DNA from: Eukaryota sp. TZLM1-RC
Taxonomy: Eukaryota > Protista > Metamonada: BaSk clade
DNA length: 64,000 nucleotides
NCBI GenBank assembly: GCA_040285825.1
Contig: JAUPSS010000004.1
Coordinates: 620,001 to 684,000, forward strand
Direction: 5' to 3'
The notes below the pieces were generated by a model that made no database searches, was not told the DNA's origin, and saw only the letters and a list, made by a program, of their open reading frames with translations. Made by a program: the position numbers and the translations under genes. The stretch's first letter is position 1; each line of letters starts with the position of its first letter. Below, piece after piece: positions 35,760-48,649 of the stretch.

Positions 35760-37527
35760 GGATGACTTTTTATCTATTTTGTTTATTTATTTGAATTTTT
35801 GGTTTCTGTTAACTGTTGCTGAAATTTTGATATTTGATCTCTTTTTTATGCAAAAACAATACCTTGTTTCAAGAATCTTGGGTTTATTATCTTTTTTTTC
35901 TTTCATTTACGAATAATTTTTAAATTATTTTAAGCTTTTATTTTTTCTACAAATTGTTTTTGCCATAACTATTTTTTCATCATTGATTTTCATAATTAAA
36001 TTATTATTATTAAATTATTATTATGATTTTATTATTATTAAATCATTATTATGATTTTATTAAGCTCCTTCTGTTCAACCTAATGAAGGGTTTTTGCTCG
36101 TTTCTTTCAACTTGTACACAAAATGAACCTCCGAATTTGAATTATTGATCAATTTTAACAATTTTCACAGAAATTAACATTAAAAATATAAAAGATGAGT
36201 GAATGTTCATATACTACTTTGTCTTATTACGCTTACCTGTTGTTACTATGTCATTCGAAGTAATCCTCTACTTTGTTTGTCTTTAGCATAATTAATTAAT
36301 TATTTAATTTTTAGCGTAATGTTAGGAAACGAATACTTCTAATAAATCCGTGATATGAACATATAGAAGTTTAGAACTTTTTATTTTTGCGTTGTTGAAG
36401 TAAATTAATTTGTCGCACATGCGCTTGACGTGGAAATCAATAGCTATTGTTATTGGTGAATTGAGCGTATCAGCAATACCATAAAGTGTTTAAGTAAAAA
36501 TAAATAGAATCAATTATAATAATTTATTCAATAAACAATGTTGACGTAGATTGTCATATTCACATTTAAAACAGAGAGCAATATATAGAGGTAGGTATAC
36601 AGTTAGCCTTCATCTTCTAGTAGTTGAAATTTGGTTGGATGAGTTAGGATGAGTTGTGGGTTTTGAAAGTTACTTTCAATGATTTCTTTTGCAGGGTGTG
36701 ATTATCTTAATTTACCATACCCCATCACAACACGCTCCCATACTTTCTTCCAGTCGGTGTTCTGCAATTGAACCCGTATATCCTTCCAACACTGTACATT
36801 ATTTTCACTTGAAAAAGGTTAAATGAAATTTGCTCTACTGTTCAGCAATGAATACCAAATTGATTTTGTTTTGTTTTTTGGTGGAGTCAGTATTGGTGAC
36901 CAGAATTAATAATACAAATAATTTAAATCCAAAACAGTCACACTATCAAAAATTTACAATTGAGACGTTTTTCTCGTTACTATAGAGAATCATCAAGCTA
37001 CTTTTTGTTATCCAATGGACGAAGTGATACCAAAACAATTCCTTCTGGTACTGTATTAGGTATAAGGATTCTCAACAGGGATAATGAATACTCAATTGCA
37101 GATTATTAATGAAATAAATTAAAGCTTCCCCATAGAGTTTGTTTAAAATTAACTCGTCATTGGCCATTGAGAAATAACTGAAGAACGAAGACTCAAAAAC
37201 TGTAAATTTTTAAAGCTTTGGAGAGTTTTTGTTGGCGATTCGTCACATTTAATCATTTATGCACTTAAACGTAACAAAAACAGTTGTATGGTTCTATATT
37301 TTGTGCAGAATTCATATTACCCAGAATTACATCCACTAACCTAAAACTCTAGACAAAACTGATATTGAAGTCCCTTTTTGAATTTGAAACGAATCTTACA
37401 ATGTGATGAAAGCTATGTATTCAAGTGAATAAACAAATACAAACTTTGGTTCACAAACCGAAAAACAGGTTTCGTTTGAAGCAGGTATCTTTAATGACTC
37501 GCAATCTACATACCACAGATACCAAGT

Positions 37528-38232
37528 ATGTCTACCAACTGGTATGATTGCTATATCACCAAAGAATCACTCAGTTTATGGGACATGAGTCCAGATGTTT
37601 ATCAACAATTATCAGAATCCGAAAAATGTCAACTATTACCGAGAGAACCAATTGATAGAGATTTCACAGTCAAGTTGTTTAAAAAGATCTTCTACCTGGA
37701 AGGTTTATCAATTGAAAAGGAGAGAGAAAAATCACATCATTATTATTGCCCATGTGAACAACTTCCTTGCAATTTACAAATAGGAGAATCTGTTATTCAT
37801 ATAAGGTTTGGTATTGTTGAAGATGTTTCACAACTTACGTATTGGCTGGACCGTCTATTTTGGAAATTTGATCGAACTTGGTTTCTGAAGCAGCTTTTGG
37901 AATATCCACAATACTGCCTTATAGCCACATGTGACAATAAGATATGTGGTGCTCTTTTGATGAACAAGCAGAGATATATTGAGTTTGTTTTTGTTGTGCC
38001 CAATTTTCAAGGCAATGGTATTGCCAGAAAATTGTTATCTACCTTAATACGACTTTTTGGAAACTTGGACATTTCACTGCATGTACATGCGACCAATATG
38101 GCTATAAGACTTTACTACCTACTTGGATTTAAGCCTGAACAATACCTTCCGAATTTTTACACTTTTATTCACCCCCCTGGTTTGGATAGATGTAAACATG
38201 CGTGGTTGATGGTTAAGAAAAAAACAGGTTAA
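37528..38232 (+). CDS. GNAT acetyltransferase, KAT14/CSRP2BP/Atac2-like
   Basis: FVVPNFQGNGIA (motif A), DISLHVHATNMAIRLYYLLGFKPE, C-terminal CKHAWLM. The true start may be further upstream. Confidence 0.75.
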   Translation: MSTNWYDCYITKESLSLWDMSPDVYQQLSESEKCQLLPREPIDRDFTVKLFKKIFYLEGLSIEKEREKSHHYYCPCEQLPCNLQIGESVIHIRFGIVEDVSQLTYWLDRLFWKFDRTWFLKQLLEYPQYCLIATCDNKICGALLMNKQRYIEFVFVVPNFQGNGIARKLLSTLIRLFGNLDISLHVHATNMAIRLYYLLGFKPEQYLPNFYTFIHPPGLDRCKHAWLMVKKKTG

Positions 38233-38578
38233 CGTTGGATGAATGGACTATTTTAGAAAAACGGTGGTGATGAGGCAAATAGGAATGCATTATTACGGTT
38301 ATTCTACTGGCATCAGAAATTAATTCACCATCAAATTTTGGAAAGTTTTGGTAAAATATATTTTATATTTTATATTTTATATTTCATTTTGAGTCATTAT
38401 GACGTGTCACCAACTCAACTTACACTTACCAAATATATTCTCCACCAGGGATGACTATAGTGGTCCAAAATATGGAATTAAAATACTTTATTTAGTTTCA
38501 GTTAAGTAAAGTGACTAAAGTATCACTTTAGTCATCACTGCTATAGATATCTACTAACCCTTTGTAACATGTGTTTGG

Positions 38579-39700
38579 ATGAAGTTCAACCAAGTAGTAA
38601 TGAACTTCATTGTATTTATCGAGTTCACCTTGCTTCTAGTCTTTGCCACATGTCAGATAGACGGTGAACATGGCATTGTTCGTTATGATTTGTTGCATGG
38701 TACTGGTTTCTGGAAAGGACTGGAGCAAGATTTCCATAAGCAAAAGCTAATTAACGAATATCAGGACCGCTCAACCTTGATATTTCGGGATGGTACCATC
38801 ACTGGACACATGATTGTTCAGCAAGAAGGTTGGGGCATCATGGGAGAAGTCAACGCAAATGGAGATGTATCTATGAGACTACACAAAACATCTTCCCCAG
38901 GATTTATTCGCATGTCTGGCAAGCTTGCCATAGATAGAGAAGAGCCTAATGACCTGTTGCTGGTGCTTGAGTGGCATGATTGGACAGATTCGTGGTCTAG
39001 TGGTATACCTTATCAAATGGTTATTGAACTCCGAAAAGAGAATTGGCGTGATGCTTACACTTTGAACGGAATGTGTCCAGATGGATCTTACTGTAAGATC
39101 AACCACACTCCTCCAACGTGCAAAGGTACTGATTTGAGTTGTTTCAAACTATGTCTCAATCCCTTACAACTAAAGAGACGCTTTACTCAGTTAACTGTTG
39201 ATCAGGCACACGTAACGGGAAGATGGGAAGGTGATATTGACATTGGACAGAAGAAATACGTTCTGGGACAGTATATGAGAGCAAATCTGCAACTGACCAA
39301 TGGTACAATTGAGACTCTAGAAGGAAAGACAACATGGTGGATGCTAGACCCTGTTACTAGGCGCTACTTCACAGACTGGGCAGCTACGGGAACTGTTTCA
39401 GATGAAGGGATTGTAGATATGGAGTTAACACGTTCAGATGTGGCTTACAGATTAAAAGGCTCAATTATTGGTGATCCAAAGAAGGACAACAACCTTATAA
39501 TGACACTTATTGCTGAAAAGAGCTTGTTTAAGGTTGAATTACGCCTTTCCAACTGGTGTTTGTGGTATTCTTTGCCTTGTCCTACCGAGTCTTATTGTAA
39601 GTGGTGGCAATCAATTCCTGTATGTCATGGAAATGATGAACTCTGTTCGGGTCCACATAGAGACGAGTTTTTACCAGATTGGGAGGTTGGATTTACGTAA
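38579..39700 (+). CDS. Putative secreted protein with two repeated modules (beta-rich domain plus CPxxSYCK...PxCxG...C motif)
   Basis: Hydrophobic N-terminus; CPDGSYCKINHTPPTCKGTDLSC and CPTESYCKWWQSIPVCHGNDELC. Confidence 0.65.
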   Translation: MKFNQVVMNFIVFIEFTLLLVFATCQIDGEHGIVRYDLLHGTGFWKGLEQDFHKQKLINEYQDRSTLIFRDGTITGHMIVQQEGWGIMGEVNANGDVSMRLHKTSSPGFIRMSGKLAIDREEPNDLLLVLEWHDWTDSWSSGIPYQMVIELRKENWRDAYTLNGMCPDGSYCKINHTPPTCKGTDLSCFKLCLNPLQLKRRFTQLTVDQAHVTGRWEGDIDIGQKKYVLGQYMRANLQLTNGTIETLEGKTTWWMLDPVTRRYFTDWAATGTVSDEGIVDMELTRSDVAYRLKGSIIGDPKKDNNLIMTLIAEKSLFKVELRLSNWCLWYSLPCPTESYCKWWQSIPVCHGNDELCSGPHRDEFLPDWEVGFT

Positions 39701-39749
39701 AGTTTGTGCATAGGCCAACATAATAAATATTTATTGAACATGTGTTTTT

Positions 39750-39886
39750 AGTATTTTCAAATCAATTCCTACAATGATTTCGAAAGCTTTGATGTCTGCC
39801 AGTGCACATTACGAAGACAATGCTGTTGTACGGTTTGATGGTGTGGAAGCTTATTTTGAAATTATTGATTTTGAAATTGTAGTTTT
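39750..39886 (+). mobile_element. 3' end of a family A non-LTR element (target of the family D insertion)
   Basis: Matches 25175-25310. Its A-rich tail resumes at about 43243. Confidence 0.75.
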
Positions 39887-42800
39887 TTTTTCTTCCTCTA
39901 CATATAACCGTTTAACTTAAAACCTGGCTGAACCGAGATCATTGCTTCTATTCTTTCTTGTTGATGTCTGAATCAGTTTCTGATTCTAATGGAGTCAAAA
40001 GAAAGAACGATAGTCAACAAGATGCTCAAGACGTCCTTTCCACCTCTCCTCCTCAACCTCTTCTCTCTTCATTTTTGGACAAAAAAAATTCTGATCAAGA
40101 ATTTTTAGATAATCACGATGAAAAAAAAGTTTGTTCAAAAACAAAGCCACGCTCCTACAGATGCTCAAAGTGTCGACAACAGGGACATAATGCTCGAACA
40201 TGCCCCAATGTTGGAAAAAAATGATGCGGCAAATTCTGAAACAAAATGTAAAAAGAAAATTTATTAGAAGGAAAGAGTCTAAGGTAGAACCCATAAATAA
40301 TGCTCCACAAGTTGTTGCAAAACCAGTTAGCAATCGATTGAAGCACAAAACTTGCAACACTTGTGGTATTTCTTTTAGAAAAAAATGCAAAAGGAAAAAC
40401 TTCTGATCGCTGCTTGAAATGCCGCATAGTTGATAACTACCATCCTCCCATAAGAATACCTCAAGAAATTCATCCGACCAAATGCAATGAATTTGCTTTC
40501 GTTTTTCAAAGATTTTTGGATCAATTATGTAAAGGAAAGTATGCTATCAATATTATTTGGGAATTTTTTTGGTTCTTTTTGTCCTCCTTTTGAACAAAAA
40601 TTTCGTTAGTAATTCCGAAGATTTAACCAATATAGCACCGAGAAATCAGTCATCCGAGAAATTAAGTAAAATTTTTGAAGACAAATGCTTTGACAACAAA
40701 TGGTCCAAGGCTTTGTCAGCTTTAAGTCCCGGAGTCAAAGCACCGAACAATGAAAATACAGTAGATAAACTGAAAATACTTCATCCTTATGAAGACCCTG
40801 TTATGGATCAAAATTTTTACGGCACATACTGGGAAAATTATCCATTGATGCCATCAGAAGTTTTTTTCGGTTATCAAAAAGACCTCGTGGTAAGTCTGCC
40901 GGACTTTCTGGTATTACTATTGATCATGTAAAAGCCGCGATTATTTCTTCAGAAGATTGCCTTGGTTTATTGACCAAATTTTTTAACCAAATATTATCTG
41001 GTCAACGCAAGTACCCAGAAGAATTAAGAAGTTCTCGTTTGACTGCACTTGTCAAAAATTCAAAAATGGATGTTCGTCCTATTGCAGTCTCTGAGAGCTT
41101 ACATAATATTTTTTTCTGCGTGTTGCTTAAGCAGGTTCAATGAAAAAGCTAAAAAGATTTTATTACCCTTTCAATATGGTATAAATACTACAGATGGAGT
41201 CTCTTCAGCGATTTTTGCTACTGATGTCTTATTTCGTCAAAATGAATCCAATGTTTGCATGTCATTGGATTTTTAGTAATGCTTTCAATTCGCTAAGTCG
41301 TCGCAGTATCCATGGTGCTCTATTGCAATATATGCCAGAATTAATACCATATTTTCAATCAACATATTGCACATATTCTAATTTACATTTTGGTAACAAC
41401 ATTTTGATTTCATCAAGTGGCGTAAAGCAAGGAGATCCGTTAGGACCTCTTTTGTTTTGTTTGGCCATTCATCCTATTCTACTGCAAATTCAAGAGATGT
41501 TTCCTTCACTAAAAATGATTGCATATATGGATGATGTTGTGCTGATTGGTGAATTAAATATTGTGAAAAAAAGCAACTGTATGTTTTAAAGAATTATTTA
41601 CCAAAATTGGTCTCCGACTTAATTTACTTAAATGTGTTTTTGTTATCGAATTCTCCAGTTTCCACAATAATTGATGATATTGAAATTCAAGCCAAATTAT
41701 ATTCAATTGATGCTATTCGTCATTTGGGTTCGTTTTTAGGAAATAATGATGAAATTACCAAAAAATTGTTTGAAAAGTTGAACTCAATTTCTGACAAAAT
41801 TGACCGAATGATGAATTTAGATATAAAAAAACACATCAAATTTACCATTATAAGACTGTGTTTTAGTTCCAATTTTAATCATATATTTCGATCTACAAAT
41901 CCTCTCGTCACTAGACCTTTGGCTCAAAAAGTTTAATGAGTTACGTGCAAAAAGTTCTGTCTCAATTACTGGGATGTAAAATGTTTCAAATTCCAGATCA
42001 TGCTTACCTTAGTCCACAATATGGTGGTTTAGGGTGGACGAAGGCTTCTATTCTTACCTCGTGTGCTTTTGTTGGTGGATGCAGAAATGCAATCTTTGAG
42101 TTCTCCGAAAGATTTGCAGATTGGGAAGATTTATTGATGACAACGCAAAGTTCCACTGTTTTTGCATTAAATGAAGAAATTTCAAGAATTGATGTAGAAA
42201 AATGGGGTCGATGTTTTCCCCAATCATTCAATGGCAATATTCCAGAAAAAAATGTTTTAACTTTGAAGTACACTCTTCGAACATTACAGAAAAGATTGAC
42301 TGGAATGTATGAAAAAGATCTTTATAATAATATTTGCAGCTCGGCTGTTTTAAATCAAGATCTTCACTCATTGTTATTGGAAAAGGGTGTTTGTGAAAAC
42401 AAGGTGTCAGATTCTTCACTTTTTGTAACCATTGTACCACGAAGATTTGGATTGTGTGCTACTAATGAAGCATTTGTAACAAAAATGAGATTATATTTGA
42501 ACATCCCCATTAACCAATTATTATCAAAAGAAAAATGTATTTGTTCGAATTCACCTCAACTCACTTTGCGCCATGCTCTAAATTGCTCTAAATTGATAAC
42601 TTATCGTTCTTCATTACATGATGCTGTTAGAGACACTGTTTTCAATATGGCACAAACTGCAAGGATATCGTGTATCAAAGAGCCCCTGCTGAAAGAAACA
42701 CTTTCTCTGAATAATTTTGGTTCTGATGATAGAGGTGATGTATACTGTGATTGGATTGATAATTCTGAAGCTATTGTTGACTTTGTCTCATGTAATGTTG

Positions 42801-43229
42801 CAAACGATACTTTGGTTCACAGAAGAAAAACTTAATCCTGTGGCTGCTCTGGATTTTAAAGCAAAAGAAAAACATAGAAAATATGATAAAGAAATTGAAG
42901 ATGCAAATATCGATAGAAATACACAGCTGGTTTTTATTGCTTTTCCATTTTCGATAAATGGAAGATTATCAGTTGAAGCAGAAACTTTTTTTGGATGACT
43001 TCCAAAAAATGGTGAAAGAAAAAACAATGAAAAGATTTGATATTTTTTTATGGCGTTCACGGATTCAATTTGCCATTATTAATAGATTACCGCGGTTTTT
43101 CAATCGAATTAGAGAAGCTTTAGCTAGACAGCAAGCAAATCAAGATTTTGTAGAGGAAATCTTGGTTTAATGATAGTCGTCCCATTAGTTATGATTTAAT
43201 TTAATCAAGTGTGCAAATTCAATAAATTA
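39887..43229 (+). mobile_element. Near full-length CRE/SLACS-like non-LTR retrotransposon, family D (CCHC knuckle, RT, Zn finger, RLE)
   Basis: CSKCRQQGHNARTC; RPIAV, FQYG, NAFNS, GVKQGDPLGPLLF, YMDD, GGLG; CIC..HALNC, HDAVRD, KEP, RGDV, KAKEKHRKY. TSD AAATTGTAGTTTT at 39874-39886 and 43230-43242. Frameshifts fall mostly in homopolymers. Confidence 0.9.
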
Positions 43230-43264
43230 AAATTGTAGTTTTAAAAAAATAAAAAATAATAAAA

Positions 43265-43650
43265 AAATTTTGGTCTAGCTTGTATTTCAACTTGAACACT
43301 TTCCACCCTCAACACAACAGAAGGTACTAGAATACTTTAGATCATACTTCTTGATCACAATCACAATGTGATCGCATCACACTTTGCTTAATTTACTGAT
43401 ATTTTCATATTAGCAAAACAACAAACAAGAACACACAATTAAAAATTGTGTTGTATAAAAGATGTTGCATTAGACATTGTATTAAAGTTAGAATCAATTT
43501 CAGATTGATCAAAAGGACAATAGGACATGATGCTGATTCACTTCAACATGCTGTTGTTGGAAAAGAAACCTGTAACGACCAATTTCAGTTCTGTTAAACA
43601 ATAAAGTCCATGAAAAGCACCTAAGTCAAGGATCATTAATTCAAAATTCA
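43265..43650 (+). repeat. Dispersed repeat of about 390 bp, inverted copy at about 57296-57670
   Basis: TTGTATTTCAACTT.AACACTTTCCACCCTCAAC...AATAAAGTCCATGAAAAGCAC is shared. Both copies follow a family A 3' end. Confidence 0.8.
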
Positions 43651-43699
43651 ATAATGAAATGATGATCAAATGCATATTATTTGTCAATTACATATTGAT

Positions 43700-44615
43700 A
43701 ATCAATTGCATATTACATCAATAATGATCATTGATCCATCAAGACCGAAAACTACTACATCACCACCGCTATCACCAAAAGAAAATCTGTCAGCTTCATC
43801 AGCCAAATTTGAAAGCACAGGTTCTGAAAAGTATTCGGTCTTGTAAGACTTAAACATAGAATAGAGCTGATCACGAACTGCATCATGCATTTTATCTAAA
43901 AGTAATAAAACAATTACAATAAAATAAATGGGTTGGAGTGACAGTTTTTCCAAATATACAAATTAAACCATGAGGAAGATTATCAGGCCAAGTAGTAGTA
44001 GCTCAAGTTAATGGCACTCTCTTAATTTATTCTGCCTGGACTTTGAATACGAGATTTCGTTCCTTTAGCTGGCCTGCTAATTTACTTCATAATTTAATTT
44101 GTAAATGTTCAGGAAAAATTACTATTACTCATTTGTTAAATTGTAAACTTTTTATTACTTTGAAGCAAGGTTCACCATGCTGTCAGAGACCGATTGTATT
44201 GTATGTGTAAGTCTCATAGAATTGAACTCATTTTTGGAACTTCTGTTGTCAAATCTGTTTGATACTGAAGATCATTTTCATAAGAATAATAGAGGTGATT
44301 TCGAATTACCTGGATTAGATGGAAGCTTCATTTTATTGGATGTAATGTCTGTTGATCCTTGTAATGGCTCAAATGAAACGCTTGTTAATTCTGAAATTCA
44401 TACCCCTCTCTCATATGCTGAAAATTTCAAAATCAACAAACACAATGAACCTTTGTCCAAATTATACAGTCCTCAGCATGCAAAATACAATTTGTATCCA
44501 TTTGTATTTTTTTCCAAGCTGTATAAGTATTCATCAATAGTTGGCGTGGAGAATTTTGTTTCTTATGTGATTTTGTTTGTTTTGTTTCTTCGCAGAATAA
44601 TAAAGTAAATTAAAA
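43700..44615. mobile_element. Cluster of degenerate CRE-like RLE fragments on both strands
   Basis: HDAVRDQ..EP..GDVV on the minus strand (43702-43890). RGD..ILLDVMSVD on the plus strand (44050-44515), joined to a family B 3' tail (44515-44615). Confidence 0.7.
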
Positions 44616-45399
44616 AAAGTATTTGAAAAAATGTTTTGAATGCTGCAGTGATGATTACAATTTCCTTGAAATACAAGAACATACACACATTCAGTTTCAT
44701 TTTGATCAAGTAAATCACCTGTAGCAATCACTGCTGAAACAACTTCATCAGCAGTTATCATAGCATCAATGAAATGAAAGGTGACAATTTTTTTGCTGTT
44801 TCAGTGAATCTATTGAAACAACATGATGTACCAAAATTGTACATGCTTTCAGAACCTGCAGTTGGGTCAATCTAGATTTTTTGAATTTTTCTGTTGTTTT
44901 GTGAATCTTTAACATCTCAAGTCTGACCAATACCAGCTCCGTTGAAAAAATACGTTAAAACAACGGATAATCTTTTGAAGATATTTCCGCAGGTTCGATG
45001 TAAAAGACCAGGAATCTATAGAAAAATTTGAAAGAGGGTCAAACTTTACAAGTATACTTTTTTATATTGCTGAAAATCTGATACCATCAAAGGATTACTT
45101 TTTCAATAATCTCTGTACTAATTTTGATGTGTCAGAGGATCTTTAAATGAATATTAGTTCTTCTATTTGTCTATAGTGTCTGTTTTGTAGACAAACTATG
45201 GACTATGTCTTGTAGACTACAAAGTAGATTGAACCATTTATTACCAAAAAAATATGAACACGAATTGTTCTTATTTCATCTGGTCTTTCCCACTCCGTTA
45301 AACTCTCTTCTGCCATATCGATGGGGTTGGAATATTGAAAAGCAAATCAACATGTCAGAAATGGTAGTTTTACCAATTAGTCTTATAGTCATTCTTTAT

Positions 45400-46500
45400 G
45401 TCGATTAAAGATCTTATGGTGGTAGAATGTATTCATTTGCTTTAAATCCAAAAAGGTCAAGTTATTAAATGGGGATTGTTTAAACTATCTGCATTAATGG
45501 AAGAGTTAAACTATAATGTTGATATTTCTTTTTATGGTGATGCTAGTGTGGCAATTGATCGAAAAGGTTATTGTATCTACTTGTGTTGTTGTTGAACTTG
45601 AATTGATATAATTGGTTTCTTTGTATTTCGACTGATGACGTGATACTCGTTTATAAATCAGATTTATTAATAAACTCAAATTTCTCTCTCCTTTGTGTGT
45701 TCATCTGCCTAACGGCATCACTTGAACGCCTACTCTAATTTTTGAATCAAAATCTGAGTCAGCAATTATTGTGCGTTAAATCAACCATTTTATGGTTCGT
45801 TTTGATTTGATGTTTCACACTTCTTTGTTATTGATACCAATGGTGATGTTTGGTAGTGCGAAAAGGGGTATAGAAGATTTGCTATTCATAGCAGACCCAC
45901 CAAAGTTCAAGGTCTTAAACATATTGTTTCCATTAGTGGTTGTTATGGTAATTATGCTGCAATTGAAAACAATGGCAAAATTTCTGTTTGGGGTAAATTG
46001 AGAAGAATAAGAATTTATTGCGAAGATGGGGAAAACAGTATGTATTAAGACAGTCCCTGTAATAGCAGATGCATCAGTAGGTTATAACTTCCTTTTGGGA
46101 TTGGAGAACAATTAATCAATGCCATTTATGTAAAGGTGATTTGATTGATCGGCCCCAACCTGTCAAGGAATTTGACTCTGAAATAGTTGACAGTTTTCGG
46201 TGTCCATGTCCATCAAACAAGAGATTGTACATAAGATGTCCCAACTGTTGAGGTTGTTAAGCTTGGTGGAAGTTCGATATATTAGTAGAAGTGCTTCTAT
46301 TGATTTGACGTGTCTATTTAATATCAAATGTGTAGAACTTGATTACCCATTCAAGTTGGTACGATCACCCACTTCAATAGTGAAGTTGTTGCCTGGATCT
46401 GACATTGAAGTTACTTATTTAAGCTATCTTACATCATTAACACAATTGGTTGTCAAATGTTGTGGCATTAAGAAACTAATCCATCACTAGATTGGAAATT
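45400..46500 (+). pseudogene. Decayed paralog of the RCC1+LRR gene at 2738-5350
   Basis: DNA-level matches: GATTTGATTGATCG.CC.CAACCTGTCAA, CCCACTTCA.TAGTGAAGTT, TTAAGCTATCTTACATC. Multiple stops and frameshifts. Confidence 0.7.
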
Positions 46501-46679
46501 TTGTTTAAAACCTGTGCACATTGAAGAATTTACTAATCCATCGTATCATATAATACGATTTGATTCAATTTGTTGAAATGTCAATCCTGATTCTGCAAAA
46601 TACTACATATACCATGTTTAACCACCAATTAAAAAAACATTTATAAACCAAATACTAAACAAATAAAAATAAACCAAAA

Positions 46680-48324
46680 CTAATTATTCCCGTGTGCTCC
46701 AGTACACTTAATTTGCTTAGCAGTCTTCATATAATCCAATAACATGTCTGTCAAAACCTTAATCTCACTACAAAGCTCATCAGAATCAATCACAGTAACC
46801 TTATAATCATCCTTTACCAAAACACCATTGGCCATGACATACTGAATCTCGCTTCCATCGGCAGCCCATATAAGATTTTCAGTTACATTTACTACATGTG
46901 TAGGGCAAAGATTAGGTCTAGTCAAATCAACCAACACCCAATCGGCATCAAAACCAGTAGCAATCTGCCCAGTGTTCCAGCCATAGAATTCTGCGGGTAC
47001 ACGTGTAATCATTTCCAAACACTGCTGAGCTGGCAGAACCCTAGGGTTAGCGTGAACACCGCGTTGGTATTGAGTTGCAAGCTTAGCTGCCCCCAACATG
47101 TTTTGATTATCAGCACTGCCTGAACCATCAGTTGAGATTGCCACAGGGATATTGTACTTATCAATCATTGTAACAACATCAGGAAGTCCAGAACCCAGAA
47201 TAGAATTGGCTAGTGGGTTATGAACGATTTTGACCTTGTATTTGCTCAAAATACGTAAATCTTCTTCGGTATTGTTGACTTGGTGAGCAAATATGGTGTT
47301 TTCGTCAAGAATACCAGCTTTTTCGGCATATTGCACAGGTGTCATACCATGGGATTCAGTGAACCATTTAGTTGTATTTGGTTCCTCAGAAGAGTGGCAA
47401 TGAAGCCTGGTGTTATGTTCTCTTGCCCAATCCTTTGAAATTTTCAAAATTTCATCAGTATTTGAGAAAATTTGATCTATGGTTATTCCAATGTAAACCT
47501 AAACAAACCTGGACCTGGAATGACACTGGTGCGAGGTGCAGTGCCATATAACTCCTTATACTTGTTTAACCTATCAGTAGCAAGTGTGGCAGGAATGTCC
47601 AAAATACGGTCATCATAATTTCTATCTTGACATCCTACAGCCACTACCATCTTGGTACCAGCCATGACATTGGCTTGGACGATTTCTTCAACTCGGTATT
47701 TGTCTATGGTTAGAATGAACGAAAAAAAGGGGAAAGAGTGAATTGTTGCAATTAATTAATGACTTCATATAAATTAATAAAATTAAACAATACAAAAGAG
47801 AAAAACATACTGTGATTACAATGGTGAATACAAGCAGAAGTGATACCGTAATGAATATCGTCAAGGCGGTCTTTCAGGTAAGTAATAAGGTTTGGTGACT
47901 TTTTAAAGAAGGCGGTAAGTTCATCACGTTGTTCGTTGAGGAATCCTGTGAAGAGGTTGACAGCATTATCCAACCATTCAGTGAGAGGAACGTCCTTGGC
48001 TAGACCCACGAGGGGGGATTCATGACTATGTCCATGGGCCTTGACGAAGCCTGGGAGGAGACAGCCGTCGAGTTGGGGGATGTCGTTGGAACCTTTAGAA
48101 CCGACAATGGTGAGATTGGGGGTGTAGTCGGAGAGAATGCGCATACCAATGTCATCAGTGTATTGTCCACATTCAATGATTTTATCTTCTTGAGTGAGGA
48201 TGTAACCATCTTCAATTCGAGCATCGCGACCCAATTGGTCAGAGAGAGGTAAGAGGAAACGAGCACGTACAACAGAGTAGGTGGTAGTGGGCTTTGGGGA
48301 CAGAGAATCGTAGTCAAGTGTCAT
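46680..48324 (-). CDS. Metal-dependent amidohydrolase (MtaD/AtzA/TrzA-like nucleoside deaminase family), 3 exons, 501 aa
   Basis: LLPGFVKAHGH, LHCHSSE, FAHQV, HNPLAN, ISTDG. Exons 48324-47811, 47703-47509 and 47476-46680 join in frame (1506 nt). Confidence 0.9.
47477..47508 (-). other. Spliceosomal intron 2 (32 nt)
   Basis: GTTTGT...ATAACCATAG; removal gives IPGP-D-QIFSNTDE. Confidence 0.8.
47704..47810 (-). other. Spliceosomal intron 1 (107 nt)
   Basis: GTATGT...CTAACCATAG; removal gives HHCNH-N-KYRVEE. Confidence 0.85.
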
Positions 48325-48649
48325 TCTTAAGGATATTGGCTATAGAAATCAGAGTGCTCACAAATGGTGAAGAAGATTCTCTCAATAACTCCCATGATAA
48401 TATTAATATTCTTGGCTTGCTGAAAATATAATGTTCGAGAATGTAGCTACCAATACGTCAACAAAACTGCACCAACAATATAGGTGATGTTGTTTCATTC
48501 TTTAATCAAGATTTTCCATTTTTGCAGCAATATATTTCGACATGAGTAGAGACAATTAACCAAGTTTTTCAGAATCAATCAAAGAATTTCAGCTTTTACA
48601 ACCACTATTGAGAGTACAGTTCACAAAAAATGTAGTATATTACATAAAA

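Noticed and set aside
35900-37300. AT-rich intergenic region with ATT-type microrepeats and short coding-like scraps
   Set aside because: Low complexity; no supportable feature.
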